From: Nitrospirota bacterium
GTDB taxonomy: Bacteria > Nitrospirota > UBA9217
DNA: 64,000 bases
Assembly (NCBI GenBank): GCA_963663225.1
Contig: OY760142.1
Coordinates: 1,056,001-1,120,000 of the forward strand
Reading direction: 5' to 3'
The notes under the pieces are model-generated. The model was not told where the DNA came from. It ran no database searches and was given only the letters and a program-made list of their open reading frames with translations. The position numbers and the translations under genes are program-made. Below are positions 1-11,221 of the stretch, in pieces (the stretch's first letter is position 1; each line of letters opens with the position of its first letter).

Positions 1-2591
1 ACGGTTTGAAGTGCTTTGCTTAAATCCGTAAGTTTATACGGTTTGGAAATGATGGCGGAAAAACCGTATTCCCGGTAATGTGCCATTATGGCATCCTGTG
101 AATATCCGCTGGAAACGATTGCTTTAACGTAAGGGTCTGTTTTCAACAGCTCTTTTATGGCTTCCTCCCCCCCCATTCCACCCGGAATGGTCAGGTCCAT
201 GATAACAGCATCAAAGGGCCGTACCGACGCGCGTGCTTTTTCATATGTTTCGATGGCTTCGCGTCCGTCCCTGGCATATTCGACCTCATATCCGAGACTG
301 TCAAGCATCGCCCCTGTAACATCTCTCAACATTGCGTCATCGTCCATAATCAGAATTTTTCCATTTCCGTAAACCGGCTCGTCTGCAGCTGGTTTCTCTG
401 CCGATGTTTGCTTCTGAGAAGCGGGGAGAAATACCGTAAAGACCGTCCCGGTTCCAACCGTGGATTTTACCATAATATATCCATCATGTTTCTTGATAAT
501 GGAATAGGCTATGGCCAAACCGAGGCCGCTTCCACCCTGTTTTGTCGTAAAATACGGATCAAAAATCCTTTTCAGCTGGTCCGGCGGGATCCCTGCACCC
601 TGGTCTTCCACGGTTATTTTTAAGTAATTTCCTTCCGGCAGCGGAATGCCTTCTTTCGCACCCAGTACGGCTTTTTTCACGCACACCCGGATAATGCCGC
701 CTTCAGGCATTGCCTGGTCCGCATTGAGAACAAGATTGTGAATGACCTGACTTACCTGTCCTTCATCGGCTTCTATCGGCCATAAATCATCCGCCAGGTT
801 CAGTTCACACTTTACATTGGATCCCCGTAATGAAAATATCGCCGACTCCCTTATTATTTCGCTGAACGTCGTCGTTTTTTTTACCGGCGCACCTCCGCGG
901 GAAAAGGTGAGCAGCTGGTGCGTCAGGTCCCTTGCCCGCAGAGTCGCATGCTCGGCCATTGCGAGTTTCGCGTGCAATTCATGGTCCGGCCCCAGGGACA
1001 ACTTTACCAAACTGATATTTCCCATGATCGAGGTAAGAATATTGTTGAAATCATGCGCGATACCGCCGGCAAGAATGCCGATTGATTCTAGATTCTGAAC
1101 TTTCCGAATCTCCTCCTCCATCTTTTTCCGGTCTGTGATATCCGTCATGACGACCATGATACTGCTGATCCGTCCCTGCGCATCATGCAGCGGCGATGCG
1201 GAGATACTGATGTCTGCCGGGGTGCCGTTCTTTCGTTTTAAAATGATTTCCTCGTCAGAAAACGATACACCGCGCAACACCCGGTTTCTGAGCAGCTGAA
1301 GCTCCTCGCGGTCCGATTCCTGCAACTGTGAATAAAACCTGCCGATTATTTCATCCTTGCCCCAGCCGAAAATCCGCTCGGCCGTTTCATTCCACATCGT
1401 AACATTCCCTTCCGGACTGAGCGTCATGATTGCGGCAGGCGAGGCTTGCAAAGTGGCATTCAGTCTGTCATTGGCGTCCCGCAGCGCCTCCTCGGTCTTC
1501 TTTAAAGCGGTAATATTGGTGGCCGCGCAAACAGCACCGAGCAGCATTCCGCCACTGAAACTGATAAGGGAGCCGGAAAAAAGCATCGGCACTTTTTCAC
1601 CGCGTTTGGTGAGATACTCAATTTCAACGTTATTAATCAGCTTTCCCCGGAATATGTCTTCGATTATGCTCTTCACAGCCGAAGGCTGCCCCAGTATCAA
1701 ATCGAACGGCCGCCCGATCAGTTCCTTCTGATCATACTCAAGCTGCCGGCATGCGGTCTGGTTGGCCAGAGTAATTGTTCCGTCCGAGGAAATAACGAAC
1801 AATGTATCGACCATGCTGTTGATAATGCTGTCTACGTAATATTTGGACACGCTTGTTTTTTCCAGATCCTCGGCCATCCGGTTGAAACTGTCCACCAGCA
1901 TCTGCATTTCTCCGGTTGTGGCGGCTCTCACCGGCGTAAATATGTCTCCTTTTGCAAGCCGGGATGCGGCCTGTCCAAGCTCCATGATCGGATCTATCAG
2001 CGTCTTTCCGGATATAATATACAGCGTTATCCCAACTGCGCATCCGGCCAGAATGCTCAGGAGGACGACTAAATAAATCGTCTTGGCAATTTGACCGGTA
2101 ATGGCATGTTGTGACATGCCGACCGTGACTTTACCAAGACTCTCGGCCCCGTGCAGGATCGGTTCCGATATTTCCCGGATAACAACTTGTTTATTGATTC
2201 TTTCGATGCTGTCCGCCAAATCATTTTCTCCTGCCAGCATCGGGAGGAAGTTTTTCATACCAGGCCATTTAAAATTGATGCTTTCACTTTTCGTAGTCAG
2301 TATTTTCCCGCTGCGGTCTGCGATAATTACATAAATGATTTCTTCGTCTGTGATCGGTTCGGTATAAACGACCTGCTGCTGCGCGCCGTCGTGCATGGTC
2401 ATAAGTTTCTCATTATGGCGTGCGATTTCAGAGGCTAATGCAGATGCTTTCTTCGTCAGGGAATTCTCAAGAATTGATCCAACCGTGAGCGCGATTGTCA
2501 CACTCAGAACGCAGGTGCTCAGCAACAGGACAAGGGATATGTCCCGCAACAGTTTATACCGTATACTTTTTTTAAAATTCCTTTTAACCAT
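1..2591 (-). CDS. Membrane hybrid sensor histidine kinase (2 TM-HAMP-PAS-PAS-HisKA-HATPase-REC); 3' end truncated by the window edge
   Basis: Not in the ORF track because there is no stop in the window. Manual translation from ATG 2591 (MVKRNFKKSIRYKLL...) gives H-box LAGGIAHDFNNIL, N-box NLVLNADQAM, G-boxes DQGAGI and FTTKQGGSGLGL, and receiver ILIMDDD...VIMDLTIPGGMGG...KP. Confidence 0.92.
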   Translation of the reverse strand, partial: MVKRNFKKSIRYKLLRDISLVLLLSTCVLSVTIALTVGSILENSLTKKASALASEIARHNEKLMTMHDGAQQQVVYTEPITDEEIIYVIIADRSGKILTTKSESINFKWPGMKNFLPMLAGENDLADSIERINKQVVIREISEPILHGAESLGKVTVGMSQHAITGQIAKTIYLVVLLSILAGCAVGITLYIISGKTLIDPIMELGQAASRLAKGDIFTPVRAATTGEMQMLVDSFNRMAEDLEKTSVSKYYVDSIINSMVDTLFVISSDGTITLANQTACRQLEYDQKELIGRPFDLILGQPSAVKSIIEDIFRGKLINNVEIEYLTKRGEKVPMLFSGSLISFSGGMLLGAVCAATNITALKKTEEALRDANDRLNATLQASPAAIMTLSPEGNVTMWNETAERIFGWGKDEIIGRFYSQLQESDREELQLLRNRVLRGVSFSDEEIILKRKNGTPADISISASPLHDAQGRISSIMVVMTDITDRKKMEEEIRKVQNLESIGILAGGIAHDFNNILTSIMGNISLVKLSLGPDHELHAKLAMAEHATLRARDLTHQLLTFSRGGAPVKKTTTFSEIIRESAIFSLRGSNVKCELNLADDLWPIEADEGQVSQVIHNLVLNADQAMPEGGIIRVCVKKAVLGAKEGIPLPEGNYLKITVEDQGAGIPPDQLKRIFDPYFTTKQGGSGLGLAIAYSIIKKHDGYIMVKSTVGTGTVFTVFLPASQKQTSAEKPAADEPVYGNGKILIMDDDAMLRDVTGAMLDSLGYEVEYARDGREAIETYEKARASVRPFDAVIMDLTIPGGMGGEEAIKELLKTDPYVKAIVSSGYSQDAIMAHYREYGFSAIISKPYKLTDLSKALQT

Positions 2592-2676
2592 GCATGCTTT
2601 CCCGGGACCGGCAGCCGCCAGGGATCAGCTCTCTTTCCTCATCTGGCCGATTCATAAACCTGTTATCTCGTATCTC

Positions 2677-2703
2677 TTATCGGCTCCTGCCATAACAACT
2701 TAA
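2677..2703 (-). promoter_or_regulatory. sigma28 (FliA)-type promoter for the hybrid kinase
   Basis: Minus strand TTAAGTTG-N11-GCCGATAA against consensus TAAAGTTT-N11-GCCGATAA. Confidence 0.65.
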
Positions 2704-2836
2704 GTCCGGTTGAGGCATGATACGACTATGGTTTTGTAAAAATCCTTTGCTATATCTTTACTGCTGGGTTATTATAACCAGTTATACACATGCCAATATG
2801 GCAGTCATTTTTTTCAAAAAGTAAAGGTTCTCTCAC

Positions 2837-4699
2837 ATGATCCAGGTTACCAATATAGAAAAATCCTACGGCAAACAAGTACTGTTCGACGGAGTAAGCT
2901 TCACCATAAATCCGCACGAACGCGTCGGCCTTGTCGGTAGGAACGGCCATGGAAAATCCACACTCTTTCGCATGATTCTGGGTGAGGAGCATCAGGATAC
3001 CGGCGTGATCACGATCCCTTCGGGATATACCATTGGCCATCTTTCCCAGCACATCCACTTCACCGGACCAACGGTGCTTCAGGAGGCCTGCCTCGCCCTC
3101 CCGCTCAATGAGGACCATGTGGATGAAACATACAAGGCAGAGGCGATTCTCCATGGGCTTGGATTCGCTTCTGATGATTTCACCAAGCCGCCTTCATCAT
3201 TGTCCGGAGGATATCAGGTCCGGTTGAATCTCGCTAAGGTGCTCATCTCGGAGCCGAACCTGTTGCTTCTGGACGAACCGACGAACTACCTCGACATTGT
3301 TTCAGTCCGCTGGCTCACCAATTTTTTACGCGCATGGAGAAACGAACTCATCATCATCACGCATGACCGTGAATTCATGGACGGCGTAACGACCCATACC
3401 ATGATCATTCACCGCTGTAAAATCAGGAAAATAGCCGGCGGCACGCAGAAGCTATACGATCAAATCCTTCTGGAAGAAGAAATCTACGAAAAAACGCGCC
3501 AGAACGATGAAAAAAAGCGCCGCGAAATCGAGCAATTCATCAATCGTTTTCGCGCTCAGGCGACCAAGGCGCGGGCGGTCCAATCCCGCATTAAAGCGCT
3601 GGAAAAACACGAACAGCTTGGCAAACTGGAAGAAATCAAAAACCTTGACTTCAAATTCCGCTCGTCGCCTTTCGAAGCAAAATGGCTGATGACTATTGAA
3701 GATCTGGCTTTTTCCTTCTCTCCGGACGCTCAAAAACTCATTGAGGGACTGTCCTTTGCCGTCGGAAAGAACGACCGCATCGCAGTCATTGGGAAAAACG
3801 GCAAGGGAAAAACAACCCTCCTGAACCTGCTGGCACAGGAGCTTTCCCCCACCGGCGGGGAGATTAAAACGCACCCCAATACAAAAATCGCCTATTTTGG
3901 CCAGACCAACATCAACCGCCTGATCCCTTCCCGTACGGCCCTCGACGAAATCATGAACGCGCACCCCGACCACAGCCATAACATTGCGCGTTCCATCTGC
4001 GGTCTCATGATGTTTGAGGGCGACAATGCGCTTAAAAAAGTCAGCGTTCTTTCCGGCGGAGAAAAAAGCCGCGTTCTGCTCGGCAAACTTCTTTTGTCCC
4101 CGGCCAACCTCCTGCTTCTCGACGAACCGACAAACCACCTTGACATGGAATCCATCGATTCTCTGATTGAAGCCATCGAGGATTTTGATGGCGCAGTCAT
4201 TATTGTGACGCACAGTGAGATGATCCTGGAAGCAGTTGCGACAAAATTGATTGTGTTCGACAACGATATGGTCAGCCTTTTCGAAGGAACATATTTCGAT
4301 TTTCTGGAACGGGTGGGATGGCAGGACGAAGGTGGTGTGCGTACCCGGCCTGCAAAGAAAAAAGACGCCGCTCAAAAAACAGCGAACAAAAAGGATGCAA
4401 AAAAAATAAAAACGGCCCTCATTGCCGACAAATCAAAAGCGCTCAGCGCACTCAAGAACAGAACCGCGGCCCTTGAAGCGGAAATTACGGACATTGAGCA
4501 GCGGGTGGAGCAGGACACCCAGGCGTTGCTCGATGCATCAGTAAAAGGTGAAGCCCTTGCAATCAGGCGGTTATCCCAGTCCGTCAGTGAAGACAAGGCA
4601 AAAATCGATGCGCTCTTTGCGGAGCTTGAATCCGTGACAAGTGAGCATGATGCCAAAGCAAAGGAGTTTGATCTCCAGATGCAGGAGCTCGATCGGTAA
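2837..4699 (+). CDS. ABC-F family ATPase (Uup/YheS-like) with C-terminal coiled coil
   Basis: Two ABC domains ([21 protein letters not shown]; [25 protein letters not shown]), interdomain linker, no TM segments. Confidence 0.93.
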   Translation: MIQVTNIEKSYGKQVLFDGVSFTINPHERVGLVGRNGHGKSTLFRMILGEEHQDTGVITIPSGYTIGHLSQHIHFTGPTVLQEACLALPLNEDHVDETYKAEAILHGLGFASDDFTKPPSSLSGGYQVRLNLAKVLISEPNLLLLDEPTNYLDIVSVRWLTNFLRAWRNELIIITHDREFMDGVTTHTMIIHRCKIRKIAGGTQKLYDQILLEEEIYEKTRQNDEKKRREIEQFINRFRAQATKARAVQSRIKALEKHEQLGKLEEIKNLDFKFRSSPFEAKWLMTIEDLAFSFSPDAQKLIEGLSFAVGKNDRIAVIGKNGKGKTTLLNLLAQELSPTGGEIKTHPNTKIAYFGQTNINRLIPSRTALDEIMNAHPDHSHNIARSICGLMMFEGDNALKKVSVLSGGEKSRVLLGKLLLSPANLLLLDEPTNHLDMESIDSLIEAIEDFDGAVIIVTHSEMILEAVATKLIVFDNDMVSLFEGTYFDFLERVGWQDEGGVRTRPAKKKDAAQKTANKKDAKKIKTALIADKSKALSALKNRTAALEAEITDIEQRVEQDTQALLDASVKGEALAIRRLSQSVSEDKAKIDALFAELESVTSEHDAKAKEFDLQMQELDR

Positions 4700-4718
4700 T
4701 CTGTTTTTTACCGGCGGA

Positions 4719-6341
4719 TCAAATTTTGAACTGTTGGGCGATGGTTTGCAGCCCGGCAGAAAGCGTCGACAGCTCCGCGGACGCGCCTGCGATTTGCTCC
4801 GCTCCGGAGGACGTCTCTTTCGATGTGGCCGCGACACCGGCAATATCCGATGTAATCGTTTCCGCAACTGTCGACATTTCCTCCGTTGCCGAAGCGATCT
4901 GCTGGACCATTTCCTGCAGCTCGGTGATGCTCTTCGTGATCAGCGCGAGCGCCGAGCCGGCCTCCCGGGACAGACTTACCCCGGACTCTACGCGCTCGAA
5001 ACTGCCGTTCATGGCTGAGATAGCCCCTTCAGTCTCGTCCTGTACCGCCTTAATCATGCCGCCAATCTCCGTGGTGGCATGTGCGGACCGTTCTGCCAGT
5101 TTTCGCACTTCATCAGCGACCACGGCGAATCCTCTGCCCTCCTCGCCCGCCCGAGCGGCTTCGATTGCCGCATTCAGCGCCAACAGATTCGTTTGCTCGG
5201 CAATGGACCTGATCACTTCCAGGATTTCCCCAATCTGTTTTGATCGCCCTCCCAAAGAGGTGATGAGCCGAGAGCTTTCGGACATTGATTTTGCAATGTC
5301 CTGAACTTCCGCCACGGTTTTTATGACGATCGCCTCGCCGTCCTGCGCCGTCTTCAGCGCTTTTTCTGAAGATGTAGCGATATTTGAGGCATTTTTCGCT
5401 ATGTCGACTATGGTCTGGGACATCTCCGTAGTTGACGTCGCTAGCTGTGTCACCCGTGCGGCCTGATCAGCCATTCCCTGCGATATCTGCCGGGCGTTCG
5501 AACTCAAATCTCCGCTGCCGGATGCAACGCGCTCCGCGGACGATTGTATATTGCCGACAATTCCCTTTAATTTTCCGACCATGCCGGTCAGCATTGCGCA
5601 CAATTGACCTACTTCATCTCTGCATTGTTCCGTGATGGTAACGGTAAGGTCCCCGTTTGCAACGCGTTCAGCCGCACCCGTTGCTGTTTTAAGCTGTTTT
5701 CTGATCCCAAATGTTATCCATCCGGCGAACACGCCCGACAAGACCACGGCGCAGATTGTAAAAATAATGAGCAGCAGTATCGCTTTCTTTTCGGCCTTTT
5801 CCGCATCCGCCCCGGCCTCCTGCGTCATTTTTACTTCATACTGCGTCAATGCTTCTATAGCAGGCATATAGCGTTCGCGTTGAATCTTCCGGACATCAAC
5901 CAGGCGGAGCTGCTTGGCTGCCTCGATTCTGTTTTCCTTCATCAACTGGATGAACGTTCTCATCGCATCGTCATACTCTTTTTTCGCAGGCGTGAATGCT
6001 TCATATAATTTTTTCCCTTCTGGGGTATCCGCACCTGCGCTCAGCTTTTCAATATTTATGTCTATATCCTGCATCGCTTTCTCGATCCGGACAAGGTCTT
6101 TTTGCACCTCCGCCTTGTCGTTCAGCAAAAAAACGCCGAATGAAGACCGGGCAATGATGTTTGTTTTATCAAGGGTGTTGTTCGCAAGCACCGCACGCGA
6201 AAAATGATTGTTCGTAATGTCCTTCAGACAGGTGCCGATATTCCGGTACCCGTGGATGCTGATCCCGACAATGGCGAACATTATCAGAATAACAAGCCCG
6301 AACCCGATGATAAGCCTGGCACAGATTTTTAAATTCTTCAT
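4719..6341 (-). CDS. Methyl-accepting chemotaxis protein (four-helix-bundle sensor, HAMP)
   Basis: [39 protein letters not shown] signature; two TM helices; start set at ATG 6341 behind GGAGGAG. Confidence 0.95.
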   Translation of the reverse strand: MKNLKICARLIIGFGLVILIMFAIVGISIHGYRNIGTCLKDITNNHFSRAVLANNTLDKTNIIARSSFGVFLLNDKAEVQKDLVRIEKAMQDIDINIEKLSAGADTPEGKKLYEAFTPAKKEYDDAMRTFIQLMKENRIEAAKQLRLVDVRKIQRERYMPAIEALTQYEVKMTQEAGADAEKAEKKAILLLIIFTICAVVLSGVFAGWITFGIRKQLKTATGAAERVANGDLTVTITEQCRDEVGQLCAMLTGMVGKLKGIVGNIQSSAERVASGSGDLSSNARQISQGMADQAARVTQLATSTTEMSQTIVDIAKNASNIATSSEKALKTAQDGEAIVIKTVAEVQDIAKSMSESSRLITSLGGRSKQIGEILEVIRSIAEQTNLLALNAAIEAARAGEEGRGFAVVADEVRKLAERSAHATTEIGGMIKAVQDETEGAISAMNGSFERVESGVSLSREAGSALALITKSITELQEMVQQIASATEEMSTVAETITSDIAGVAATSKETSSGAEQIAGASAELSTLSAGLQTIAQQFKI

Positions 6342-6404
6342 GGACACTCCTCCGCGTTGCCGAACGCTTCTTATCATTAATCCGAACATCAGACGCTGTC
6401 TTTC

Positions 6405-6431
6405 TTGTCGGCTCTTTTGTTGCAAACTTTA
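6405..6431 (-). promoter_or_regulatory. sigma28 (FliA)-type promoter for the MCP
   Basis: Minus strand TAAAGTTT-N11-GCCGACAA, one mismatch to consensus, directly upstream of a chemoreceptor gene. Confidence 0.8.
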
Positions 6432-6624
6432 GCAACCTGCATGCAAGTATGCATACTGCGGAGAAGTTTCCTGCAAATCGACGCATAGTACCATAGTAAG
6501 AGAACTTTATTATTTCAGTCGAAACGAGAAGAGAAAAAAAGAAGGTTGCCTGCACTGCACTGAAGATCAAGGGCAGACAGCAGAAGGAATGTATTGCAGA
6601 AATTGCTTTATCAAAATCGCATCA

Positions 6625-6939
6625 TCACTTAATGTACGAGCAGCAGTAGTCTGTCACCACCTTCACTTTGAGCTGAAACTTTGCGTCCGCCGGAACTTCA
6701 AAGGACTGGCCGCTTTTGATCGTTATCCAGTTTTTTTCACCGGGCAACAGCACATCAAGCTCTCCTGACATGATTTCCATGAGTTCTTTTTCTTTTGTAC
6801 CGAACTCGTATTCTCCCGGAAGCATTATTCCGAGTGTTTTCCGGGAACCATCGGGGAAAAGTACTGTTCTGCTCACGACGTTACCGTTAAAATAAATGTT
6901 TGCTTCCCGCACTATTGAGACATTCCTGAACTCCGACAT
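6625..6939 (-). CDS. ppnP: Pyrimidine/purine nucleoside phosphorylase (DUF1255 cupin)
   Basis: 104 aa with [20 protein letters not shown]...E.MEI..G and DY.CSY motifs; AGGAGG RBS. Confidence 0.9.
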   Translation of the reverse strand: MSEFRNVSIVREANIYFNGNVVSRTVLFPDGSRKTLGIMLPGEYEFGTKEKELMEIMSGELDVLLPGEKNWITIKSGQSFEVPADAKFQLKVKVVTDYCCSYIK

Positions 6940-7141
6940 CGTTCCTCCTTATAAAAAAACTATTTAAGTAAAAACCGAATCAATTATCCAAGTGGCAGCA
7001 GTTGTATTTTTAATAAATCCAGCTGACTACTGATCGTATCGTAGCACATATGTTTTCACAAAACAATCTTGTACTCAAAAGGTACTATAAAAATCGTGCA
7101 TACAAAATACGAATATTTTTAATTCGCAGTGATGTTCTTCC

Positions 7142-7172
7142 TTGAAAAGTCTAAAGACTTTTGCTAGACTTT
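7142..7172 (+). promoter_or_regulatory. Putative sigma70 promoter with an overlapping palindromic operator
   Basis: TTGAAA-N17-TAGACT; perfect inverted repeat AAAAGTCT-AA-AGACTTTT (7145-7162) and a third half-site TAGACTTT (7165-7172). Confidence 0.45.
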
Positions 7173-7798
7173 GAAACAATGTGTAATTAATACAATCATC
7201 ATTCATGGCACTTCTGGAAATATACCCTGCGAGAAAAGCGCCATGCAAGTGTGAAGAGACCACGGATGCCGCTTCGACACAAGAGGTGTCGTATGGCGAA
7301 GTTCAAAAATAACGGCGATTCCCAAAACAGTATTCTTTCAAAAAAAATCCTCCTGCAAATCCATCCCTGCGTCCCTGACTTTTCTGCGCAGTCTCTCACC
7401 AACAACGCAACAATTTCTCTCGTCTCCAAATTCGGCATCAAATCAATCACCAACCGCACTTCCTCATACGGTCCGCAATTTTATTATACAAGCTGCCAGC
7501 TTCTTTTTCTTATAAAATAGTTTTTTCAGGATCAGCTCCTGCAGCGGACCTGAAATATACGGGTTGCTGCCGTCTTTCGCCGTCTGCATTTAAAAAAGGA
7601 AAAGGAGGTGGTAGACAAACAATACTTAACAAGCATATACAATTGGAAGGAGGTGAAAATAACTGCTGATTTAAAGGCGCAGCACTATTCACTGCATGTT
7701 TACTCGAATTGCGCCGTCTGTTGGCAAGGCTTGATCTTGGTATAGTGCCAGGTCAGGTGAATTGTGCGTTTAACAACTTTGCCGATAAGGAGGTAATA

Positions 7799-9277
7799 AT
7801 GAGTGAACAAGAAAAGAAAGACACGAGTCAGCAAACCTGTCCCGGTGGCGAGGGTCCCGCATTTCCCGTGACCGACATGCCTGAATCGAAGTGGGGAAAG
7901 ATGACGAACAAAGAGCTCTTCTTCGCGATGGGACCGGCCGTCATCGCATTAGGCGGTTCGATTGGCGGCGGAGAATGGCTCATTGGTCCTTCACTTTTCG
8001 TTAAATACGGGCTCGTGCTTCTCTGGGTCACTACTGTTTCAACCACTCTTCAGACCTTCTTGAATCTGGAGATGACACGATATACTCTGGTCACCGGCGA
8101 ACCGATCACAATCGGGTTCATGCGACTGAAACCAGGCAAGGCATTCTGGGGCTGGCTCTTCACGATTGCCGGGTTCATCGAACGTGCCATGCCGGGCTGG
8201 GCGCTTGCCTGCGCCACGGCAGTCGCCGCGATGCAGTTGGGCAGGATTCCCGCTCTTGCGGATAAGCCAGTTGTCATCTTCTGGGCATACTTTATTTTTA
8301 TCGGGCTCGGCATACTGTTGTCCATCGGTGGCAAGGTCGAGAAGATACTGGAGTATGTACACTGGGCTATGTGCGCGGGCATCATTGGCGGTCTCATTTT
8401 GCTCGACGCTTTCCTGGCGCCTGCAACCACCTGGGGCGAGGCGCTGGTCGGTTATTTCAGTTTTGGAGTCATGCCGCCGGGGGTCGACATTCTTTTGTTC
8501 GGCGCGCTGGTCGGTTACTCCGCTTATGGCGGATTCGGCAATAACTGCCTGACGAACTGGTATAGAGACAAGGGCTACGGGATGTCCGCAAAGATCGGTT
8601 ACATTGCCAGCGCCATCGGCGGCAAAGACGTTCATGTTTCTCCGTCCGGGAATATGCCCGCCCCAACCGCGGAGAACGTCGCACATTTTAAGGGATGGTG
8701 GAAACTCCTCAGTTTTGACCAATGGGCCATATTCTGGGTGGGAGGCATGCTTGGGATGGCCTTGCCCGGCATCCTTTACGTATGTCAGGTTCCGCAGGGG
8801 ACGTCCCTCCCGAGCTGGGGCATCGCAGTCGCTGCGGCGCAGCATTTTGGAACCCTTGGCCTTTACATGATTGCCGGGATGGGGTTCTGGATCCTGTTTT
8901 CGAGTGCCATGAGCAATCTGGATCTGGTGCCGCGGCAATGCACCGACATGTTGTGGTACTCGTCACCAGGCATCCGCAAGTTGGCCAAGAACGATATCCG
9001 CAAAGTCTACTATGGTTTGTTGGTTGCAGTGCTTGTGTGGGGCACAATTTACGTGAACATAACCCTGCCGATTATCATCCTCGCAATCAGCGCCAACGTC
9101 GCCAACTTTACGATGGCTATATCAGCAATAATGACGGTCATCGTCAATCGAAAATTCCTGGCCAAGGAATTCCGTCCGTCGATCTGGCGTGAAATCATTA
9201 TGATTGCCAGTATGCTTTTCTTCGGGTTCTTTTTCTTGCTGTTTATTCTGACCCAGTTCTTTGGTGTCAAGTTTTAG
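7799..9277 (+). CDS. Nramp-family-like (APC fold) transporter, substrate uncertain
   Basis: About 11-12 TM segments; N-terminal GPAVIALGGSIGGGEW...KYG..LLW and E..RYTL.TGE motifs; AAGGAGGT RBS before ATG 7799; extended -10 TGgTATAGT at 7738-7746. Confidence 0.75.
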   Translation: MSEQEKKDTSQQTCPGGEGPAFPVTDMPESKWGKMTNKELFFAMGPAVIALGGSIGGGEWLIGPSLFVKYGLVLLWVTTVSTTLQTFLNLEMTRYTLVTGEPITIGFMRLKPGKAFWGWLFTIAGFIERAMPGWALACATAVAAMQLGRIPALADKPVVIFWAYFIFIGLGILLSIGGKVEKILEYVHWAMCAGIIGGLILLDAFLAPATTWGEALVGYFSFGVMPPGVDILLFGALVGYSAYGGFGNNCLTNWYRDKGYGMSAKIGYIASAIGGKDVHVSPSGNMPAPTAENVAHFKGWWKLLSFDQWAIFWVGGMLGMALPGILYVCQVPQGTSLPSWGIAVAAAQHFGTLGLYMIAGMGFWILFSSAMSNLDLVPRQCTDMLWYSSPGIRKLAKNDIRKVYYGLLVAVLVWGTIYVNITLPIIILAISANVANFTMAISAIMTVIVNRKFLAKEFRPSIWREIIMIASMLFFGFFFLLFILTQFFGVKF

Positions 9278-9310
9278 GCGGAACGCGGTGTGCAGCATAC
9301 GTAAAAAATT

Positions 9311-9346
9311 AACCCCCCACCTGTTTCCGGGTGAGGGGTTTCATTT
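9311..9346. terminator. Bidirectional intrinsic terminator between convergent genes
   Basis: AACCCC(C)CACCTG-TTTC-CGGGTG(A)GGGGTT hairpin with an A-run before and T-rich sequence after. Confidence 0.65.
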
Positions 9347-9420
9347 GGTCACGCAGCGATGGAATTATTTAAAAAAAGTACGTCGGCCGAACTGAAACAA
9401 CCGCTTCGTTTTTTTACGAT

Positions 9421-11103
9421 TTACCGGGTCAAACGGCGATATTTGATCCGGTGCGGCTGATCTGCTTCAGCGCCAAGCCGCGTCTTGCGATCAGCTTCGT
9501 ACTCGGTGTAATTCCCGTCGAAGAAGACCACTTTGCTGTCGCCTTCGAACGCGAGAATGTGTGTGGCAATCCTGTCCAGGAACCACCGGTCATGGCTGAT
9601 GACCACGGCGCAGCCCGCGAAGTTTTCGAGCGCCTCCTCAAGGGCCCGCATGGTGTTCACGTCCAGATCGTTTGTCGGCTCGTCCAGAAGCAGCACGTTC
9701 GCTTCTTCTTTCAGCATGCGGGCAAGGTGTACACGGTTCCGTTCGCCGCCGGAAAGCACACCCACCTTCTTTTGCTGGTCCGTGCCTGAAAAGTTGAAGC
9801 GGGCGACATAGGCGCGGGAATTCACGAGCTGTTTGCCGAGCTGCACCTGATCCTGCCCGTCGGTGATCACCTGCCAGATCGTCTTGCTGGGATCGAGCGC
9901 TTCCCTGCTCTGGTCGACATACGCGAGTTTTACGGTTTCTCCGATTTTGACCGTGCCTGCATCCGCTTTTTCCTGGCCGGTGATCATACGGAAGAGCGTC
10001 GTCTTGCCCGCGCCGTTCGGACCGATCACGCCGACGATGCCGCCCGGCGGCAGCATGAAGCTCATGTTCTCAACCAGGATATTGTCGCCGTAGGCTTTTG
10101 TCACGTTCTCTGCTTCGATCACGACCTTTCCAAGACGCGGTCCCGGCGGAATATAGATCTCCAGTTCTTTTGCGCGTTTTTCGCCCTGCTGGCCGAGCAA
10201 AGCTTCGTACGAATTAATGCGCGCTTTTGCCTTCGCATGCCTGCCTTTGGGAGACATTCTGATCCATTCGAGTTCCCGCTGGAGGGTCTTCTGACGGTCG
10301 CTTTCCGTTTTCTCCTCCTGTTTCAAACGCTCCTGTTTCTGCTCAAGCCATGACGAATAATTTCCTTTCCAGGGAATGCCCTGGCCCCGGTCAAGTTCGA
10401 GTATCCAGCCTGCGACATTGTCGAGAAAATACCGGTCATGCGTGACGGCAATCACCGTGCCTTCGTACTGCTGCAGATGGTGTTCCAGCCAGGCCACGGA
10501 CTCCGCATCCAGATGGTTTGTGGGTTCATCCAGCAGAAGGATGTCCGGTTTCTGGAGCAGCAGCCGGCAGAGCGCCACGCGCCGCCGCTCTCCGCCGGAA
10601 AGGACCTTCACCGGAGTGTCTCCTGCTGGACACCGCAGCGCGTCCATCGCCAGATCGAGCCTGCTGTCGAGGTCCCAGGCGTCGGCATGATCTATCTTTT
10701 CCTGCACCGCCCCCTGACGTTCGATCAGCTTCTGCATCTCGTCGTCGTTCATAGGTTCGCTGAACTTCGCGGAAATTGCATTGTACTCGTTTACGAGGTC
10801 CACGATTTCCTGCACGCCCTGTTCTACGATCTGACGGACGGTCTTGTTGTTGTCAAGCGCTGGCTCCTGTTCGAGAAAACCAACGGTATATCCGGGAGAA
10901 AGCACCGCTTCCCCCACAAATTCCTTGTCCACGCCCGCCATGATGCGCAGGAGCGAGCTTTTTCCGGAACCGTTCAGGCCCAGCACGCCGATTTTTGCGC
11001 CATAAAAATAGGAAAGATAAATATCCTTCAACACCGGTTTCTTGTCATAAAACTTGCCCACTCCCACCATGGAGTAGATGATTTTGTTCGGCTCATTTGC
11101 CAT
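9421..11103 (-). CDS. ettA: Energy-dependent translational throttle ABC-F protein
   Basis: 560 aa; [50 protein letters not shown] and the [12 protein letters not shown]-terminus are all typical of EttA. Confidence 0.95.
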   Translation of the reverse strand: MANEPNKIIYSMVGVGKFYDKKPVLKDIYLSYFYGAKIGVLGLNGSGKSSLLRIMAGVDKEFVGEAVLSPGYTVGFLEQEPALDNNKTVRQIVEQGVQEIVDLVNEYNAISAKFSEPMNDDEMQKLIERQGAVQEKIDHADAWDLDSRLDLAMDALRCPAGDTPVKVLSGGERRRVALCRLLLQKPDILLLDEPTNHLDAESVAWLEHHLQQYEGTVIAVTHDRYFLDNVAGWILELDRGQGIPWKGNYSSWLEQKQERLKQEEKTESDRQKTLQRELEWIRMSPKGRHAKAKARINSYEALLGQQGEKRAKELEIYIPPGPRLGKVVIEAENVTKAYGDNILVENMSFMLPPGGIVGVIGPNGAGKTTLFRMITGQEKADAGTVKIGETVKLAYVDQSREALDPSKTIWQVITDGQDQVQLGKQLVNSRAYVARFNFSGTDQQKKVGVLSGGERNRVHLARMLKEEANVLLLDEPTNDLDVNTMRALEEALENFAGCAVVISHDRWFLDRIATHILAFEGDSKVVFFDGNYTEYEADRKTRLGAEADQPHRIKYRRLTR

Positions 11104-11221
11104 GAATTCTGTGATCCTTCCGTATAAAAGTAGGCCTTGTTGTACTCTGATTGCCGCCTTGTGTCAACAGAAAAGAATACCTGTCACGCCCGCAAATCGC
11201 GCATCAGCACGGCTGGACAAA

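Noticed and set aside
157-2703. Short plus-strand ORFs at the left edge that look like a gene-poor region
   Set aside because: The region is one continuous minus-strand kinase gene, missed by the track because its stop lies outside the window.
7558-7590. Minus-strand GCAGACGGCGAAAGACGGCAGCAA faintly resembles a c-di-GMP-I (GEMM) aptamer
   Set aside because: The stem around GAAA is mismatched, and there is no GACGCAAAGC or second hairpin; a short AGACGGC direct repeat explains it better.
7781-7788. Perfect sigma28 -10 element GCCGATAA
   Set aside because: No TAAA -35 at the right spacing, and it overlaps the RBS of the downstream gene.
9300-9418. CGTAAAAAA...TTTTTTACG inverted ends suggesting a MITE
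   Set aside because: Only 9 bp and mostly homopolymer, with no target-site duplication or second copy; the interior is a terminator region.
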